Assembly: GCA_028534125.1 (NCBI GenBank)
Contig: CM052828.1
Coordinates: forward strand, 39,804,001 to 39,868,000
Length of the DNA stretch: 64,000 nt
Origin: Lama glama
Lineage: Eukaryota
Reading direction: 5' to 3'
Below are positions 36,890-49,899 of this stretch, piece after piece (the stretch's first letter is position 1; every line of letters begins with the position of its first letter). Position numbers and translations under genes: made by a program. A model generated the notes under the pieces. The model saw nothing but the letters and a program-made list of their open reading frames with translations, did not search any database and was not told the origin of the DNA.

Positions 36890-38015
36890 AAAATGATGAC
36901 ATAGCCCCAAACTGGAGAAGAGTATTTGCAAAACATGTGTCTGATGAAGGACTTTCATCCAAAACAAATAAAAAAAACTCTCACAGCTCAGTAAGAAGAA
37001 GACCTATGGCTCAATTTTTTAATGGAAAAATATTTGAACAAACGACTTATAAAAGAAGATTTATGGATGGTAAATGTACACATGAAAAAAAGTGTTCAAT
37101 GTCATTAGTTATTAGAGAAATGCAAATTAAAACTATAATGAGATCTTGCTACAAACTAACCAGAATGGCAAAGTCTTTCAAACCGACAATACCAAATGTT
37201 GGTAAGGATACAGAGCAACTGGAACTCTCATATACTATTGCTGGAGTAGAAAATATTTCAGCCACTTTGGAAAGTAATTTGCAGCCATAAAGTCAAATGC
37301 ACACTTGCTATTTGACCCCTTAGTCCCATTTCTTGGTATTTGCCCGAGAGAAATGTGCATACAAAGACCTGCAGGTTACTTTTTATAGCAGCCTTATTCA
37401 TAACTGTTACAAACTGGATAAAACCCAAATATCCATGAACTGGTGAATAAATAAATAAATCTTGTTACAACCATACAATGGACTTTTACTCAGAAAATGC
37501 AAAAGAAAACTATCAATGCATGTAATTTTATTTTTTTAACATTTTTTATTGATTTATAATCATTTTACAATGTTGTGTCAAATTCCAGTGTTCAGCACAA
37601 TTTTTCAGTCATTCATGGACATATACACATTCATTGTCACATTTTTTTCTCTGTGATTTATCATAACATTTTGTGTATATTTCCCTGTGCTATACAGTGT
37701 AATCTTGTTTATAATTTTAGATACACCAAGTGAAAGAAGTCAAATCCAAAAAATCTACACATGATTTAATTGGTATAACCTTCTGAAAAAGGCAAAATTA
37801 TAGGGACAGAAAAGAGATCTGGTGGTTCCTAGTGGCCTGGGAGTGAGAAAGAGGATTGACTATATAGGTCCGTGAAAGAGGTTTTAGGGGTAATGGAAAG
37901 ATTCTATATCCAAATTGTGATGGAAATTACATGATTGCATGTATACTTTTTCCAAAACTGAAGAAATTATAAATTTTAAAAGGGTTATTTTTACATTATG
38001 TAAATTATACCTCAT
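36890..38015 (+). mobile_element. Old L1 (L1ME/MD type) ORF2 end and 3'UTR, split by a younger L1
   Basis: actggagaagagtatttgcaaaacatgtgtctgatgaagg...ttagagaaatgcaaattaaaact...gttggtaaggatacagagcaactggaactctcata...aaaggcaaaattatagggacagaaa; explains ORF 36937-37290. Confidence 0.85.
37531..37711 (-). mobile_element. Young camelid L1 extreme 3' end, nested, 8-bp TSD
   Basis: tttttttaacattttttattgatttataatcattttacaatgttgtgtcaaattccagtg...ttccctgtgctatacagtg; taatttta at 37523-37530 and 37712-37719. Confidence 0.85.
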
Positions 38016-38040
38016 GGTCCTGACTTTTGCAGAAAGGATG

Positions 38041-38102
38041 TGTGTATGTGTGCATCTGTGCACAGAGATGTGTGTGCGCACACACAGATGCACACACACA
38101 CA
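38041..38102. repeat. Nested TG/CA inverted repeat
   Basis: 38041-38060 pairs with 38083-38102 (19/20); internal perfect palindromes at 38055-38066 and 38071-38084. Confidence 0.9.
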
Positions 38103-38632
38103 TAAAATGATGGCCAGGCAGCTTGCCTTCCCATGACGATGTGAACCGGCAGGAAGGAGCAGGTCCCTTCCCCTGGTTGACTCTGTGTCATTAGAGCGTT
38201 TCAAAAAGAACAGCCACCACCTACAACTGTCACCCATCAGCACTGCCCCACCTCCACTGCTAGTCGAATAACCCAACACTTTGCATTTTATTTATTTGGC
38301 TTTTTGCTTTTTTTTTCCCTTGAAGTGTTAAATTGTCAAGTTGGCGCCCCAACCATCCCAATCTGTCCTAACACACTTTGCATGCACTTCTACAGGACCT
38401 TAAACTCAACCAGAGTCATTTTCTGAAAGGCGACAATGGAAATGTTATGGGCAGATTGCAGCGCACAAGTGCATAGTAAAGCTTTTACTTAAATGGAACC
38501 TACCCACAAAAGTAGGAATCCCAACATCCTCACAGCAGGCCCACAGCGGTGATGGCAGTGGAAGAAATATTATCAGGAGGATTCGTTTCCACCTTACTTT
38601 AGACCTTTGGCTGTAATTCCTTATATAAAAAT

Positions 38633-38852
38633 NNNNNNNNNNNNNNNNNNNNNNNNNNNNNNNNNNNNNNNNNNNNNNNNNNNNNNNNNNNNNNNNNNNN
38701 NNNNNNNNNNNNNNNNNNNNNNNNNNNNNNNNNNNNNNNNNNNNNNNNNNNNNNNNNNNNNNNNNNNNNNNNNNNNNNNNNNNNNNNNNNNNNNNNNNNN
38801 NNNNNNNNNNNNNNNNNNNNNNNNNNNNNNNNNNNNNNNNNNNNNNNNNNNN
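38633..38852. other. Assembly gap (220 N)
   Basis: N run. Confidence 1.
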
Positions 38853-39799
38853 TGTTCCCGAGCCCTGTGTGCCAGTGTGACTAATTCCGACTCTTTTCTG
38901 AGCCACTCTTGACATCTGACGGGTCCCATATGTATTTATTTGAAAATATAATAAAAGGAATAAGTGCACCATTTCAGGATGGAGTCACTAAAATAGACTT
39001 ATGGTTTCTTCTTTGCCCTTTAAGTGAGGGTATGCAATTGTCTGTTAAAACCAGGCGGCTGTGAGCATTGCTTCTGTAGATGTGTATGTATTCCCTTTCT
39101 TTGCAACCTTGCCTCAGACTATTTAAGCTCATATAAGCCTGTATATTTACATAATAGCTTTTTGCAAAAAAAATAATAATGTGATAAGTCATATACTTTA
39201 TCCTTCATTGAACAAAATGTTTTAGCAGGGTTGTTTGTGCTTGTGTAGGAAGCTGACTTAAGTTGAATGTGCAGAAAGAGCCTCTGCAAAGCTGAGGAAA
39301 TCTGTAGAGAAATCAGAAAGAGAGGGGAGACAGAAGAAGAAAAAAAGGATGATCTGTCTGAAAAACAGGAATGTTTTGTGAGGATTTTTTTAGCTACCAT
39401 ATGCTCAGATTGAGACATGTCTATATTCACAGAGTCGCTTTTCTTTTGTTTCTTCTCTTGGTCTTGGTCCTATTTTTTTCCTTTGTAATCTGTCATTCCT
39501 ATATATACTTTTAAAGTAGATACCAAATGACAGTTTGAAGACTCTGCCAGTAGAGCTAATATTTAACCCAGGATATAGTTCTTGAATGTCCTTGACGTAG
39601 TTAAGACTGCCTTTTGAAATGATAGCAGAGGTGGGTTTTTTTTCCCTTTCTTTGTCTCTATTGGTGATGCCAGAGAGGGGCTTACACGCTGTGCTAAGTG
39701 CCGCTTTTTAAAGAGTCTCGTGCTTACATCTGTCAATACACTTTCATGCCGCCATCCCCGTTCTTTTCACGACATTCCTCTGAGCTGCTGTTGGGCAGC

Positions 39800-39915
39800 T
39801 AGCATTATTCCCATTTATAGATGAGGAAATGGAGGTACCAGAAGATTAAGTGGTATTTAATTATGTGCACACAGTGGCAGAACTAAATCAGGAACCTCTG
39901 CTCCTGACTCCTCAC
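39800..39915 (-). mobile_element. MIR fragment
   Basis: attattcccatttatagatgaggaaatggaggtaccagaagattaagtgg. Confidence 0.75.
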
Positions 39916-40582
39916 AGCTGGGAACTGTCTGACGTGGATGATGGAGAAACATAGGGAAGAACTTTGAAAATCTGACCGATAGAACTGCTCTGCATTTCAG
40001 AGCAGGAAAGGACCTCAGGAGTGGTTGCTTTGAGGCTCTGCTGGTGTTACTCAATGCCCTCCTATCAGTGCTGACAGTCGCACCCTCACTATTCACCGCC
40101 TCCTGTTTTTCACGCTGATAAATTCCAATGTGGTCTTTCAAGTCTGACAGAGAGGTGATGGTCAGAGATTCCCTCGTGAACGGTATACTCATGCTGTTGT
40201 AATGCAGGCTATATTCTTGAGTAGAAATCTCATTTTCCATCTATCATATTTAGAATAATTATTAGTACTTAATAAACATTATATGCCAGTAACTGCACTA
40301 AGCAAATTTCATAATTCCCTGCAGAGCAAATAGGTATCCAAGCAGTTTTCCCTCACTTAGGAGCTGCTTAGGGAAAAGTCTCAATCTATGAGAAACTGAA
40401 GTGAAATGAAAATTTCTTCGGCAAGTCACAAAGTAGAAGGCCTTTAAAACATTGCTTCCTGGGGATGTGAACATTGAACTTATTCTCCACCTGCTCAGCC
40501 TAGAAGTATTTGAATACCCACTCTGGCATCCAGCTGTGATCCAGGTACTGGGGATACAGCTCTGAATAACACAAAGCCCCGA

Positions 40583-40932
40583 TGTCTTAGTCCACTGGGG
40601 CTGCTGTAACAGACCACTGCAGTCTGGTGGCTNNNNNNNNNNNNNNNNNNNNNNNNNNNNNNNNNNNNNNNNNNNNNNNNNNNNNNNNNNNNNNNNNNNN
40701 NNNNNNNNNNNNNNNNNNNNNNNNNNNNNNNNNNNNNNNNNNNNNNNNNNNNNNNNNNNNNNNNNNNNNNNNNNNNNNNNNNNNNNNGGATCTAAGAGCA
40801 CTAACCCTATTCATGAGGCTCCCATCCCAGTGACCTAATTGCCTCCCAAAGGTCCCAGCTCCAAACAGCATCACACAGGGATTAGGTTTCAATGTATCAG
40901 TTTTGAGAGGAAACAGACATTCCGTCTATAGA
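40583..40932 (-). mobile_element. MLT1A/B-type solo LTR spanning a gap
   Basis: tgtcttagtccactggggctgctgtaacaga...ccagtgacctaattgcctcccaaaggtccc...gattaggtttcaatgtat...acagacattccgtctatag. Confidence 0.8.
40633..40787. other. Assembly gap (155 N)
   Basis: N run inside the LTR. Confidence 1.
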
Positions 40933-41669
40933 ACCCTGTTCTTGAGCAGTGCACATTTTAGTGGGGAAGGTATCAGATACACAAGGATTTCAGAGTAGTG
41001 AAAATCACTATGTGGAAAAATAATGTAGAGTAAGGCAGTAGAAAGGACAGGTATAGTTGGGAGCAGCACCTTAAGAAGGGGCAGTGAGAGAAGGCCCAGC
41101 TAGGGGATGCGAAATGTGAAACGAGCAAAGGTGTTATTGTGGGTAGATTCCAGGGTGCATCCCAGAAGAAGGCCAGCAAACACGAAGAGACTGATATGAG
41201 TGAGAATTTTCAAAAGAAGAATCAGAACCCTCAAAGCAGCTTGCACCAGATAAAAATGTTCTTGCTGATGATATTTAATTTGTTGTCAGCCTCTTTAATT
41301 TTCTTCTGAACATTTTTCTCTCTTGCTCTGAATGTGATTCTCTTCTGGCTGAGTCTCTTTGATCTGATTGTTTACGTATTTCTTTTTGGCCATGTTATGT
41401 TGACATTTCTGTCAACCTCCTAAAATCAGATTCTAAAAATGGAATATTCTTCTAATAGTCATGATCACTTGAATATAAAATAACCTGGCACGTGAAAAAA
41501 CAGAGCACTGAATTACAGTTGCTTTACAATTGAATTACAATAAGTTTTGATGGATTGGAGGAAGAGACCAAATTACATGTCTCTCCTGATTCTTTTCCTT
41601 TTTTCTGAAAGGAATACTGACTTTAAATCAATCATACCCATAAAAAAAGAATAGCTAAGAGCTAGCATT

Positions 41670-41825
41670 TCTTAAAAACCCATATTGTGTAAGGGGCTCC
41701 ACTGAGCACTTCGCACATATTTTTAATCCTTACAGAAATCCTATGCAGTAAATATCATTATCCCCATTTTAGGAAAGGAAGGTCAGGCTCAAGTACAATA
41801 ACTATTCCAAGGTTACCAAGGTTTG
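41670..41825 (-). mobile_element. MIR fragment
   Basis: gagcacttcgcacatatttttaatccttacagaaatcctatgcagtaaatatcattatccccatttta. Confidence 0.7.
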
Positions 41826-43504
41826 GTTCCCTTGCTCCAACGCTGGTGCTTGCTCTTAATCATCACCTTCTATTTACGGTTGGGAGACAGCAATGGTTTT
41901 TAAGCATGGGGGCACATAGATTTATGTTTAAAGTAGAAACTTCTGGCAGCAGTAGGAAGATGGCTAAGAAAGGGATGAGCCTGGAGTTAAGAGAAGTTCA
42001 GAGAGACCTTAAACTAGCAATGTTGTCAGTGATCATGACAGTAACAATCAGCTACCCTTTGGAGGATACCTGCGGAGTCTCCAGGCCAAAATCAGGGGAC
42101 TATGGGCAGAAATGCTTATTCAATTGAGCCACACACGAATAACTTCACCATATCTTCACCATATCTTCTGTAATCTTACAGCAGAAGAACACTGCCCTCT
42201 ATTGCTTTTTGTCTCGTGGTTCTCTGTGGTCCAGATCATGCCAAAAAAGGAGGTACCATCCATTTGTCAGTGGGCACAGCTGTGTAGAGTCTGAAATGTG
42301 CCACTGGATGACAAATAAAGGGGTCCTAGCTAAACTGCCAGCTCACCACAGGCACTCAGGCATCTCAGCCGGTTCCTCCAAAGCAAATACAGACTTCAGC
42401 TCCCTGCCCTGACTCAAGTGATAAAGAGGCACTGATATGTTTGTACAATTGCACAATTTTCAAACTTTATTGAAAATGTTAGTAACTGTAATTCAGTTCC
42501 CTCATCTAAATGGCCATATGAATGCATTTTTGCCTTGCTCTTGGAAAGATGGAATAATTATGAATATCAATGGCTTCTGCTTCCTTCATATAAAAAAGAC
42601 ATTATATACACAGAAGTCAAATAGAGTATAAGACAGAAAGAGACGCAGTGTAATAATGATAAGAAGCAGGGTATCTGCGTGGAGGTGGATGCAAAATTGC
42701 CACTCATTACTCGAATGGAGAGAAAGTTAGTAGGCAATTAGCCACCACAAACGCCAAGTGGAAGAATAATTTGCAAGGCAACAATAAGCACAGCCTGTAC
42801 CAATGAGACAGAAAGGGAGAAAGCAGAGATGCCAATAAAACAAGCAGAGCAGCACGGGAAGGGCTGCGAAAGCAAACTGAGGACATAAAACGAAGCTTCC
42901 TCATTCTTCATCATAGCTTCCTGCATTTTCCGTGTTCGCCTTGTTCTGGATTAGCACTGGCAATTGCCAAGGTTAGAAAATTATAGTAATAATAAGCCAC
43001 GTTATGTGAAAAAGCTTGCTTTCTGCCAACTAAATATCACCAGGACCTGTTCATGGAGTGAGGCAAGCTCTTCTGAAAAAAAGGAAAAAGAAGGAGCTAT
43101 AAAAATAGAAAGCAATGATTCAGCCCTTGAAAATCAAAGAACAAATAATTATATAATCAGAGAAGAAGGACCCGAGGGATATAGATCAGTCTGCTCAGCT
43201 GTCTCCACACATAACAGGAAATAATTACGGTGAAGAATTTTTAAAAATAAGAAACACAATGATTGGAAGGGTAATGTCAGAACATCTATTACATCAACTA
43301 ATTTTCGGTATTTATCTGACCTAAAGCATTCCAGACCATGGAAAACAGGTCTTTGTTTCAAGGATCTTTACAGAGACTATAATTTGCCTCCATAATCTAT
43401 TCCTAATGCAGAGAAGCTTTTTATACACGTGTAGGTGTGTCATTTATACAATGATAAAGCTGCAAATAATAATCTATAAACATCTCTTAAATAATTGAAG
43501 AAAT

Positions 43505-43670
43505 TCTTAAGTGTGTACTTTGCTACGTATTTCATATACATTATCTCATCGAATTCTCACAGCCCTGTCAGGTTGGTACTATTAACTCATGTCTCATATA
43601 TGAAGAATTTGAACCTTAAAACTTTAATTTCTTGCTCAAAGTGAAGCTGGATTTTCAGCTCAGCTCCATC
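43505..43670 (-). mobile_element. MIR fragment
   Basis: atacattatctcatcgaattctcacagccctgtcaggttggtactatta. Confidence 0.6.
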
Positions 43671-43894
43671 ACGTTGTTAAGCATGAGCTCATAATAGAGA
43701 ATGAGAATATAAATTACAGTTGAAGAGAGCATTCTGGAAAAATAACAAGACCCCAGGGTCAGACAGGCTAAGTTAGAATCCTGGCTCTGTTCGTGCTACA
43801 CTTCTGTTTAAGATCATCAAACAGCTTTGTTCCTTTAATCTTCACTATAGCACTAGGAAGAAAGAATGCTGAGGGTGATAACAGAGAAGAAAAT

Positions 43895-43985
43895 GAAGAT
43901 GATGGGTAGTGGTGATGATAATGCTGGTGATGATGACAGGGATGATGATGATGAGAAGGATGGTGATGGTGGTGATAATGACAAT
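43895..43985. repeat. Degenerate (GAT/GGT)n trinucleotide tract between two MIR fragments
   Basis: gatgatgggtagtggtgatgataatgctggtgatgatgacagggatgatgatgatg... Confidence 0.8.
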
Positions 43986-44151
43986 GCCCACTTACAGATT
44001 AGGAAAAATGAGAGGTTAAGTAACCTGCTCAGGGTCAACTGACTAAAGGAGAAGCCATGTTAATCTTGACTACAAAGTCTGTGATTCTAGCCACTCCACT
44101 AAAATCCTGGGACATTCTTTCCCCATCTTAGTACCATTGTTACATCTCAGC

Positions 44152-44803
44152 TGTATTAGGTTTCTATTGCTGCATAACAAATGACCACAAATTTAGCAGT
44201 CTGAAAAGTACACTGCCCGTCTCACAGTTTCTATGGGTCAGAGGTCTAGTGCAGGCCAGTTGGTCCTCTGCAGAGGGTGTCACCAGGCTGCAATCTAGGT
44301 GTCAGCTGAACTATATTCTTTTCTGGAGCTCAAAGTCTTCTTCCAAGCTCATATAGTTGCTGGCAGAATATGATTCCTTGCAGTTGTAGGACTGAGATTC
44401 CTGCTTTCTTGTTGACTGTCAGCCAGGAGCCTCTCTCAGCTTCCAGAGAACCCCACCCCCACAGTCCTTTGCCATATGACCTTATCACAGCATGTCAGCC
44501 TACTTCCTCAGTGCCAGGAGGCAAATCTCTCTGACTTCTAGCCTCTTGTAAAGAATTGATTAGGTCAACCCATCCAAGAGAATCTCCCTTCTGGTTCACT
44601 TAAACTGATCAGGAGCCTTAATTACTCATGCAAAATCCTTCCATCTATGCCACATAATATAATATAATCAAAGGAATCATAGTCTATCACCTTTGCCATC
44701 TTCCATGGATAGAAGTAAATTACAGGTTTTGCCCTCACTCAGGGGCAGGGGATCATACAAATCCATGATTCCCTGGGGATTATTTTAGAGTTATGCCTAT
44801 TAG
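44152..44803 (-). mobile_element. MLT1E-type MaLR solo LTR
   Basis: tgtattaggtttctattgctgcataacaaatgaccacaaattta...aggctgcaatctaggtgtcagc...cttccaagctcat...gcagttgtaggactgag...ttagagttatgccta. Confidence 0.85.
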
Positions 44804-44879
44804 AACTCCTTTAGGAGTTCTTGGCTCTTCCCTACAACTGAATTACTCTCCAAATCACATGTGGCTTCCTGTACATTCC

Positions 44880-45065
44880 CATCACAAAATGCACCCCCCA
44901 GTATCATGATGGCTTCCCCACTGGATGTCAAACTCTTCCAGCCAGAGGGTTTATCTTGTTTACCATTTTATGCCCAGCATCCCTCTCAATTCTTGGCCTC
45001 TTGTCAGCAGGTGAGATTATTAATCAAACAGCATTTTTCCAGAAATATTAGCACCTGTCAATAAA
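44880..45065 (+). mobile_element. L2 3' end
   Basis: cccactggatgtcaaactcttccagccagagggtttatcttgtttaccattttatgcccagcatc. Confidence 0.55.
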
Positions 45066-48000
45066 TAAGGCTTGCATGTCATACTATCTTAGATTTCTTA
45101 TCCAGTTCTCATATTTAGCCAATATTTTCACAGATGTATATAATAACTCAAAAGTCTACATTACACTAACATATAACAAATGTGATGAATGTGTAATCAT
45201 CTTCACATCATCACTAACACCAGATTTCTGATTCATTTAATTTTCTGATAAAGATAGTCTCATCCTTCAAACGTAAATTACACCTTCTAGTTTCATAATG
45301 CATTATTAAGAAAGCAAAACTTCAAGTTAAATCCTTCAGCATTATATAAGCAGATAAGAAAAATAGATTTACCTTATTAAAGGGCAGAAAAATAGTCCTA
45401 AACTGCAAGGTTAAAATGAAAAAAGTACAAACCACAGAAATAATATATTACCATGATGTTTTAAAATACCTACCGGCAAGGAAGTCTATAAGGAAATAGA
45501 ATCGAAATAGAATATTTTGTAACAAATTTAGAGGGCAAAGTTGAGGCACTAGAAAACAGTTCCATGGGGGGAAAAATGGTTAAAAGTCCCAAGCCATAAT
45601 TCCACCATGGCTTACTCTAGATAAGCAATTCAACACTACAGTGAAAACTATAAACTGATATTTATCATTCACTTAAAAATCCACAACACTATGTTTCTGC
45701 ATTCATGGATACAAATTCCATAATATTACCCTTGAAAAACATATCTGAGATTTATCTAAACTTTTTCACAAGTGGAGGCACATGGATATTTTTTTCAAGT
45801 TGTAGCTGAAACTCCAGGAAGTTTGAACTATTTATTTTATTTTAACCTTTATGAATGTAAAGAACCACAGTGTGGAACATATTTTAAGAGCCTTTTGCTC
45901 TGTTTCTGGGGGAGGCTATCACTGGGATAATCACAAAAATGTGCCAGCTCTGCAATTATTTAAGACTGAGAAAGACTGGCTCAGAATTTGGAAGACATTC
46001 AAACTATTGCCTACAGCAGTCTTTTAAAAAAGTTCTAAGGAGACTCCATAACCAGTTTATTGCTCCATTAAACAAAAGTAGATCTTTCCCTGACATGACT
46101 TCAGGATCCTCTATTAGTGAAGGACCTCGCTTCAGAATTCCCAAAGAGAGGGCTTGTAAATCATGCATGAAAATAAATATAAGTCCAAATGCTCTGGGCT
46201 GCTCGGAGGGGAGAGAGGAGGAAAGGATGGAGAAGAAATGTTTGGTCCTTTTAAGTCAGACGATAAATAATGAAAATAAGAATCTGGGTCTAAGATAACA
46301 GAATTTGTTTTTAACTTGTCCCCTCTGTTTGCAGACAGACCCAGAGTAGGTTGGGACCCAGCCATTATTCTGGTGCGCTAGTGAGAAGAGCAAAAGAAAG
46401 GAAGATGCCCACAGGCCAGCAAAGCTTTTGCGGGCAGAAGAGAAATTAGCAGTATAATGATATCTCAGATCTATATTTGTCAGCCTCTTACAGTAAATTC
46501 TGCTTTCCACTGTCTATTAATAGTTGGCACTTCTGCAAATCGGTAGTTCAAAGATAGCCGATGTCCATAAAAATGGCCTGAGGGCCGCGGGAGCCCAGAG
46601 AGCTTCCTGCCCCATCAAGGGAGGTCACACGCCCTCTATGCCCTGAGCTCTCACCGTCCCAGCCAGGCTTGTGCGCTGCTGCAACACATCCTAGAAGGAA
46701 GGGCAGAATCCCCTCCCCTGCTGTCACGGCGCTTTGCCCAGAGTAGGGGGCTCCATTAAAACCGTGTTGAATTAATGAACGGAAGTCAATGCTACAGGAT
46801 TTTTTTTTTTTCCATTTAGACTTAGTTTAACTCCTTGGGCTCCAGTAGAAGGCACTTTTCTCTCAGACATACTGGTGATTTTCTTCTGAACGCCTGAGGA
46901 CTTCATCCTCGCCTGCATACCTGATACCTACATGTCTTCATATTCTGTCCAAGGCCTCGCGTCATTTCTTTCACACATCCCCTCCTTAATAAACATTGCC
47001 CACAGCAGTACCTGGCATGTAGGAGGAGCTCAGTAAACAGCAGCCAAACAAATGAATCAATAAATAAAAGAACAAATTGCCTCTACCGCATTTTCTTTCC
47101 TGAATCGCTGTGAGAGGTCCTTCATGGGATCTACCATTTATATACATACGTTTTATTCTACATCGCTTTAGCCGTTATTTCCTAGACATGCCTAGATTTC
47201 CCCGTTTTCCCTCTTTCCTGAATGTCCTCATACTGGAACCCATCTGTGGATATTCTTTTTATTCTCCAAAGCCTAATTCAAATCTCCCTTCCTCCAGGAA
47301 GCCTTCCCTGTTGCCTTTGGCTATAGTCTCCCCTACTCCAAACTCTGATACTGCTGAAGTTGATCCTCTCCTCCATTGATTCTCCTCATGGAAAAGCCTT
47401 AAAATTAAATGTAATCAGGAAAATTTTACTTTAGGAATTCTAGCGTTTCACGTTTAAGATGAAAACGATTTCAGATTTAATCATAGAAATTAAGAATATT
47501 TGTTTAAGGTTGCTTATTCTCTAATAAAAGCAGAAGAATGAGAAAGTGAATATATTAACTTTATCCAAAAGTCTGATGCTTACTCTCCATATTATATATT
47601 GACTAAAAGTCAATTTAATTTGGTTTCTAGAAAAGTAAGAAAACACAGTAACAGTTGCAAAAATTTTGAAGCAATTTGTTAACTAACTGACTTTTAATTT
47701 TTAAAATAGCTTTCCCAAAGCCTAAATAGAAAAAGGCCTAAGCTTTGGATTTCTGAACAGATAGCACAGGACTCCGTGTTTTTAAAATTGCTCAGTCGAT
47801 TCGATTAGTGAATGTTTCTTCCAAGGTTTGCAAATGGCATTTGCAACAAGAGTTGTTTTTTTTCCCCCAAGATAAACCAGTTGGGCTTGACAGCTTGTTT
47901 ACAACGGCACCCTGAAGACACATCCTATGGTGCTCAACTATATAAATATACATTTGAGATACACACTCCGGCTCATAACATTTGTTAAACATCTGAAACA

Positions 48001-49649
48001 TGAAGTCATTCCCGTTAGTGTGTTCTTTGTATCTCTTTCAACAGTATGAAGGGAACGATTCTCTAGACCTTACAAGTGCATCTACACACTCCTACTTCGG
48101 TTGACATGCATCAGTGGAAATCAGAAAATAATTCAGAGACCCTAATAAAGAGAAAGAGATGGAGGATCCAAATAGACACTATGAAAACACTGGGCAAGCA
48201 ATGATGGAACACCAGTTATGAGAAATATGAGAGGCACGGGGAAATGGTCCTCTGCTAAGGCATACTCTACCAGGGGCTAACTGTCTACCATTAGCAACTC
48301 ATCACTTTGGATCAAAATATCCTATAAGAATGCACTGTCCAAACGTAAAAATTACCTGGACTATTAATACAGATCAGCTATCAGCAACACAGGCTTACAG
48401 CAGGGTCAATAATGTCTCTGAAAACCCAAGAAGAATGGATTTGACCTGTAACAATAGTGACAAAATAGAATGTTTTTTGCTCTGTTCCCACCAATTTCTT
48501 AAGAATTTCAATTCTCTTCAAATTCCTTTGAAATAGCTCCAGGAATTCCCAAAAAGGGCTTTCATCTTTCTTCTAGAAACTCCTCCTCTTCCTGGTTACC
48601 AAGGTGCTTCTACCATTTTGGTCATCTTGTAGCCGCAGACAGCCAAAGGGGCAACCATGAACATGAGGCCACCAAGTGCTCTGGTGAAGAGCTCTGCCAT
48701 CCAAAGGGGCCAGCTCTGCTGTCAATGCCTTCGAAGCTCTGGTGGCTCATGCCTGGTGTTTAAGGAATTCATGTCTTTTCTAGGAAGCCACCTTTCCTCT
48801 CAGCTAAAGCTCTAGCCAACCAATGCTTCTTATATCTTGAGCCTTAATACATCAGCATTTTACAATTTTGCTCACTATTTTATTATAACTCCTGTGTCCC
48901 AGGGCTCCGGGTTGAATCATTTGATTTTCATAGATGGTCAAAAGTACAGAAAACGTCAACAACCTACAATTCTACTGGGTTTGGGAAACTAAACCTATTT
49001 AAATTTTTATAAATTCTCAAAGCATTAACTCACTATCTCTTCTTATGCTTTGGGCTTCAACCACCTCTCAGGAATATATTTTATTCTTTTCTATTTAGAA
49101 ACCATCGCCCTTGATGAAGAAAACAGACACAAACTGAATTTAAGAAAATGTTGGCTCTTTCTTTGATATCTGTTAATATCATAACATCAATGAAGAGCAG
49201 ACACATACCTTCCCTTTCCACAATCTTTCTAGTTACTTGTGGTGATTTTGAATATTTATAAAACTTTACCTTGCATTGTTCCACAGCCATTCGGACTCAA
49301 ATCTTACAGGTTTGCACCTCTCTTCTGTACTTCTTCTTGGTCATGAGCTCTTTCTGTCTTATTCAGTACATTAAAAAATCTGAGCTCATGAGTGAGTTAA
49401 TATTGTAGCTATTTTGGGTCCCCTGATCTTCAATCTCATTTCCTTCTCACTTAAATTAGTCTCACTTGCATAGTCAGAATTATATATTTTTAAAACCTCT
49501 CATTCCCTTTAAAATCATATTCTTTAAAAGAGTCTTTCCATGAAATTTCTCTAATTTAGGAGATCTGATTTCATGGGAGATAGAAGGGTATAAGGGAAAA
49601 ATATAAACCCTAGAGTCTAAAAAGTCAATGGCCAGTTTTTAGTCTGGTT

Positions 49650-49800
49650 GGTGCAGAAGAGACAATCCATAAATATTTATTGAATAAGTGAATGAGTGGA
49701 TGAATCGTCACCTCCCTAAGCCTCAGTTTCCTTATCTGTAAAATGGTAACACAAATATCTATCCTAGCAGACTACTATCAGAAGTAAATGGGCTATGATA
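49650..49800 (+). mobile_element. L2 tail followed by MIR core
   Basis: ataaatatttattgaataagtgaatgagtggatgaa then ctccctaagcctcagtttccttatctgtaaaatgg. Confidence 0.65.
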
Positions 49801-49899
49801 CCTGTGGGAGAACTCCCAATGACAGCCTCCCTCTTTTTAGCCTTGTACCAGTTCTGGGTTCGCCGTGGGATTTAGATATGCTTGTAGGGTTAACTGTCC

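Larger units (their letters stand above)
40505..41230 (-). mobile_element. L2 3' region split by MLT1A
   Basis: tatttgaatacccactctggc...gtactggggatacagctctgaataacac resumes as ccctgttcttgagcagtgcacattttagtgggg after 40932. Confidence 0.65.

Noticed and set aside
36937-37290. 117-aa ORF as a host gene
   Set aside because: It is decayed L1 ORF2 C-terminal sequence (REMQIKT...MR...VGKD.EQLELS)
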